40,694 bases of DNA from Octopus bimaculoides (lineage: Eukaryota), in contig NC_068983.1 in NCBI RefSeq assembly GCF_001194135.2, positions 141,412,752-141,453,445 on the forward strand, written 5' to 3'. A model generated the notes under the pieces. That model saw nothing but the letters and a program-made list of their open reading frames with translations, did not search any database and had not been told where the DNA came from. This document shows, piece after piece, positions 37,291 through 40,694 of the stretch (its first letter is position 1; each line of letters opens with the position of its first letter). Made by a program: the position numbers and the translations under genes.

Positions 37291-37961
37291 GTAAGTAACA
37301 AGTTTAATTTCGTTTCTATTTCATCGTCAAACAAATCATGTACTCATTTACTTGTTACTCCGTTTATGCGCGCGTTAGAGTACCGGCACTTATAAATATA
37401 AATGTATCTATNNNNNNNNNNNNNNNNNNNNNNNNNNNNNNNNNNNNNNNNNNNNNNNNNNNNNNNNNNNNNNNNNNNNNNNNNNNNNNNNNNNNNNNNN
37501 NNNNNNNNNNNNNNNNNNNNNNNNNNNNNNNNNNNNNNNNNNNNNNNNNNNNNNNNNNNNNNNNNNNNNNNNNNNNNNNNNNNNNNNNNNNNNNNNNNNN
37601 NNNNNNNNNNNNNNNNNNNNNNNNNNNNNNNNATATATATATATATATATATACATACATATATACATATATATATATATGTATGTGTGTGTGTGTGTGC
37701 ATATTTTTCAATAATCGACAGATAGAGCTCAGGTGCAAAAGTTATGGACGTAGGCATTACGATTTACACATATATTATACTATATATGATTGTATCAATT
37801 CAATTTAACGAATATATACAAGGCGCGTGATATAAAATATACTACATAAAATACTATGGAAAATCCGATCTTTATATCTATAATGATAAAAAATGATAAT
37901 GAAATGTAACACAATTACTTTCTCTTTTCTTTTCAACATTCGTCATCAAAACCAAAAACAG

Positions 37962-37967
37962 TAACAA
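37962..37967 (+). CDS. 6-nt phase-1 microexon (I-T)
   Basis: Pyrimidine tract, AG-free A/C-rich spacer, then acAG|taacaa|GTAAGT; same architecture as 18603. Confidence 0.55.
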
Positions 37968-38274
37968 GTAAGTATATACATACTTCCCTCAATTTGTAAA
38001 TTAAAGCGTCTGTCTATTTGATAAATCAACTGTTGAAAATTCATTCCAGTACTACTACTACTACTACTACTACTAATACTAATACTAATACTACTAATAC
38101 TACTACTACTGCTGCTGTTGCTGCTACTAAGGCAGTTACTGCTGCTGCTGCTACTAATACTGTTACTATAACTACTACTACTAAGCAATTGCCTCACATC
38201 GTTCTAAAACGGGTTTTCACGATGATACGTACATAAGATCATAAAGCTAAATTGAATGTGAATGTGAATTTATC

Positions 38275-38324
<50 letters not shown>

Positions 38325-39146
38325 NNNNNNNNNNNNNNNNNNNNNNNNNNNNNNNNNNNNNNNNNNNNNNNNNNNNNNNNNNNNNNNNNNNNNNNNNNNN
38401 NNNNNNNNNNNNNNNNNNNNNNNNNNNNNNNNNNNNNNNNNNNNNNNNNNNNNNNNNNNNNNNNNNNNNNNNNNNNNNNNNNNNNNNNNNNNNNNNNNNN
38501 NNNNNNNNNNNNNNNNNNNNNNNNNNNNNNNNNNNNNNNNNNNNNNNNTGTAAGTATTAATGCAAATATGTATATATATATGAACATATATATATATGGA
38601 GGGATGGATGTATGGATGGATGTGTGTATGTATGTATTTGCGTAAATGTAAGGACAAGCAAATTTGACTTACAAAAATATTAAATATATTTAACTAAAAA
38701 ACTGTACGTTTATATGAATGGTAAAACGTCCGACTAACACGGTTTATATATGATATTATGGATTACAGGTGTTGAGTAACCGTTTTACGAATTCAACAGC
38801 TGTCTCTTGACGCTCGGTGGTATATAATATATATGTGTTTGTATATACTGGTTTTGAATTCACAGATTTTAACTGTAGCATGTATACGGTTAAAAGCTAG
38901 TCCACAAACACACTGTGACAGCTGAGATTAAGTGCAAATCTCATAAATATATGCACATCTATTTACACTATATTGTATTATGATTATAGTAGTGTAACCT
39001 AATGAATATATTCAGGGGGAAAGACTTGAAATATAAATTGTGAAACTACCTACAAAATATATTTTGTTTTATTCTCCATAACAAATGAAAATATGAAATA
39101 TAACTAATTTATTTTTCCTTTCATTTACAACATTCTTCGCCAAAAG

Positions 39147-39161
39147 TAACAACAGTTAAAG
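39147..39161 (+). CDS. 15-nt (acceptor 39146) or 6-nt (acceptor 39155) phase-1 microexon (I-T-T-V-K or I-K)
   Basis: taaCTAAT...aaAG|taacaacAG|ttaaag|GTGAGT; both acceptors are in frame; flanks homologous to 18440-18620. Confidence 0.6.
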
Positions 39162-40249
39162 GTGAGTGTCTGCTTCGTTTCTTCTTTTATAGGTAGTAGC
39201 GTAACCCGTGAATATTCCACGGAATTAATAGTAAATCTATTAGGTCATTCCCTAAAAATTTATCGGAAACTCCTGAAAGTGTAGCCTGTGTTGTATGTGT
39301 ATCAAATGATAGTCGCTCATTGAAATACATTGGAAAGTGAACGAAATTGCATTACCAGAATTACTTAATGCATTTTATATGTATAATTCATGTACTAGAG
39401 AACAACACTTTGTATAAATTTATTTTATATGTAAAATATAGGAGTCACAATTTCACGGGGGTAAAATATTTAATATCGTATATTACACTCTAAAAACGAA
39501 ATCGTTGGTAACTTATAAGCCAAGGCGATGAGTCACAGCCAATACACATTTCAAATTGCGCACACCTTTCAATACAATACCTCTTAGCACAACATTTTCT
39601 TCCTGTAGGTTCTCTCTCTCCTTTTCGCTTGTTTGTCAGTGTTGATAACGTTAACTCCCACATCACATAATTTGCCAGCCGTTGAGAATATTAAATATGG
39701 CTGATGATGGCCGAATTCAAGTGCAGACAGGAATAGTTTCACTTTTTCTAATGTCTTCACTTTTGATTGTTGATGGACATTGCATATGACAGGCGAAGGG
39801 GAAACTGGTCTTTTTTTTTCTAAAGTGAATGGCAAACATTAAGTGACAGGTAACCTAAAAATAAAATTAGTTCATTTAAAACGAAATTTTGTTCACTACG
39901 CACTCACCATCACCACCTCCACCGCCACTACCCCCGCCACCACCATCATCTCCCGCTATCTCTCTTGCCCCTCTCTCTGCGACATTCTTGAAGCTCACCA
40001 TCAGAACATAAACCCTCTGCGAAAATTATGTTCCTAACTCTCCTATACATCAGCACGTTCAACTAACTGTTTAAACCCCGTAATAAATTTTACATCCCCC
40101 ATTATGTACATTATTTACATTTGACGGCTATTTGTCCTCATCTTGTTTGTATTAACACAACATTTCGGCTGATATAGCCTCAAGCCTTCATCATGTGTCT
40201 TGGGGAAATTTCGAACCTGTGTTCTCATTCCTAAGGTATATTCCGATGT

Positions 40250-40694
40250 TATAATATTATTTTTATTATGATTATTATTATTATCATCATTACTATTATT
40301 ATTATTATTATTATTCAGTAGTTTTATTTTTATAACGTGCTTTCACTTCACTACCGAGCGCAGCTCTGTGCGCCTTGGGTATGTGCTGTGGTTTGCTGTG
40401 GTGCTCTTATGTTTACTGTATTGAAAGTGTTTTGCGTAGGATGTGTGCAGTACCCAGTAGTGCAATTTTCTGTATGTTATATATATTTGTAAGTCCTGCT
40501 ATTTTTGTTATGTATTTGTCTGAATATTTTTTTATTATACCTAAGGCACCTACTATGATAGGAATTGTTTCTGTTTTTAGATTCCACATTCGAGTTATCT
40601 CTATTTCCAGGTCTTTGTATTTTGAAAGTTTTTCCATATTATTATTATTATTATCATCATTACTATTATTATTATTATTATTATTCAGTAGTTT
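40250..40694 (-). mobile_element. 5'-truncated R4/Dong-like element 3' end flanked by (TAA)n
   Basis: MEKLSKYKDLEIEITRMWNLKTETIPIIVGALG...IQKIALLGTAHILRKTLS (RLE C-terminus, EK..KY motif), followed by a 3'UTR matching 19800-19880. Confidence 0.85.

Overview
Eukaryotic, AT-rich, microsatellite-dense genomic DNA with many N gaps (short-read style assembly). The SINE and LINE families look like those I recall from octopus, so an octopod cephalopod is likely (inference, not verified). There are no prokaryotic features. The window is mostly intronic sequence of one large + strand gene for a strongly cationic, Cys-rich extracellular protein. I could splice these parts in frame by hand: microexon(21 nt) - VWA - microexon(21) - microexon(6) - VWA (mostly in a gap) - microexon(15) - VWD (GDPH) - C8 - reduced TIL - TILa/EGF-like - microexons (12, 6, 6 or 15). 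The gene starts and ends outside the window or in gaps. The main result is seven phase-1, 3n-length microexons that build the Pro/Thr/Lys linkers between domains. Two paralogous 21-nt microexons differ at 6/21 sites, all amino-acid changing, while their flanking introns differ at about 3%. The introns hold tRNA-derived SINEs, Dong/R4-like LINE fragments, a Penelope-like GIY-YIG fragment, a Tx1-like ORF1 relic, a rearranged mariner relic, an 8-bp-TSD MITE carrying telomere-like repeats, several foldback elements and hammerhead-ribozyme-like motifs. Most ORFs in the supplied track are microsatellite or N-gap artefacts.
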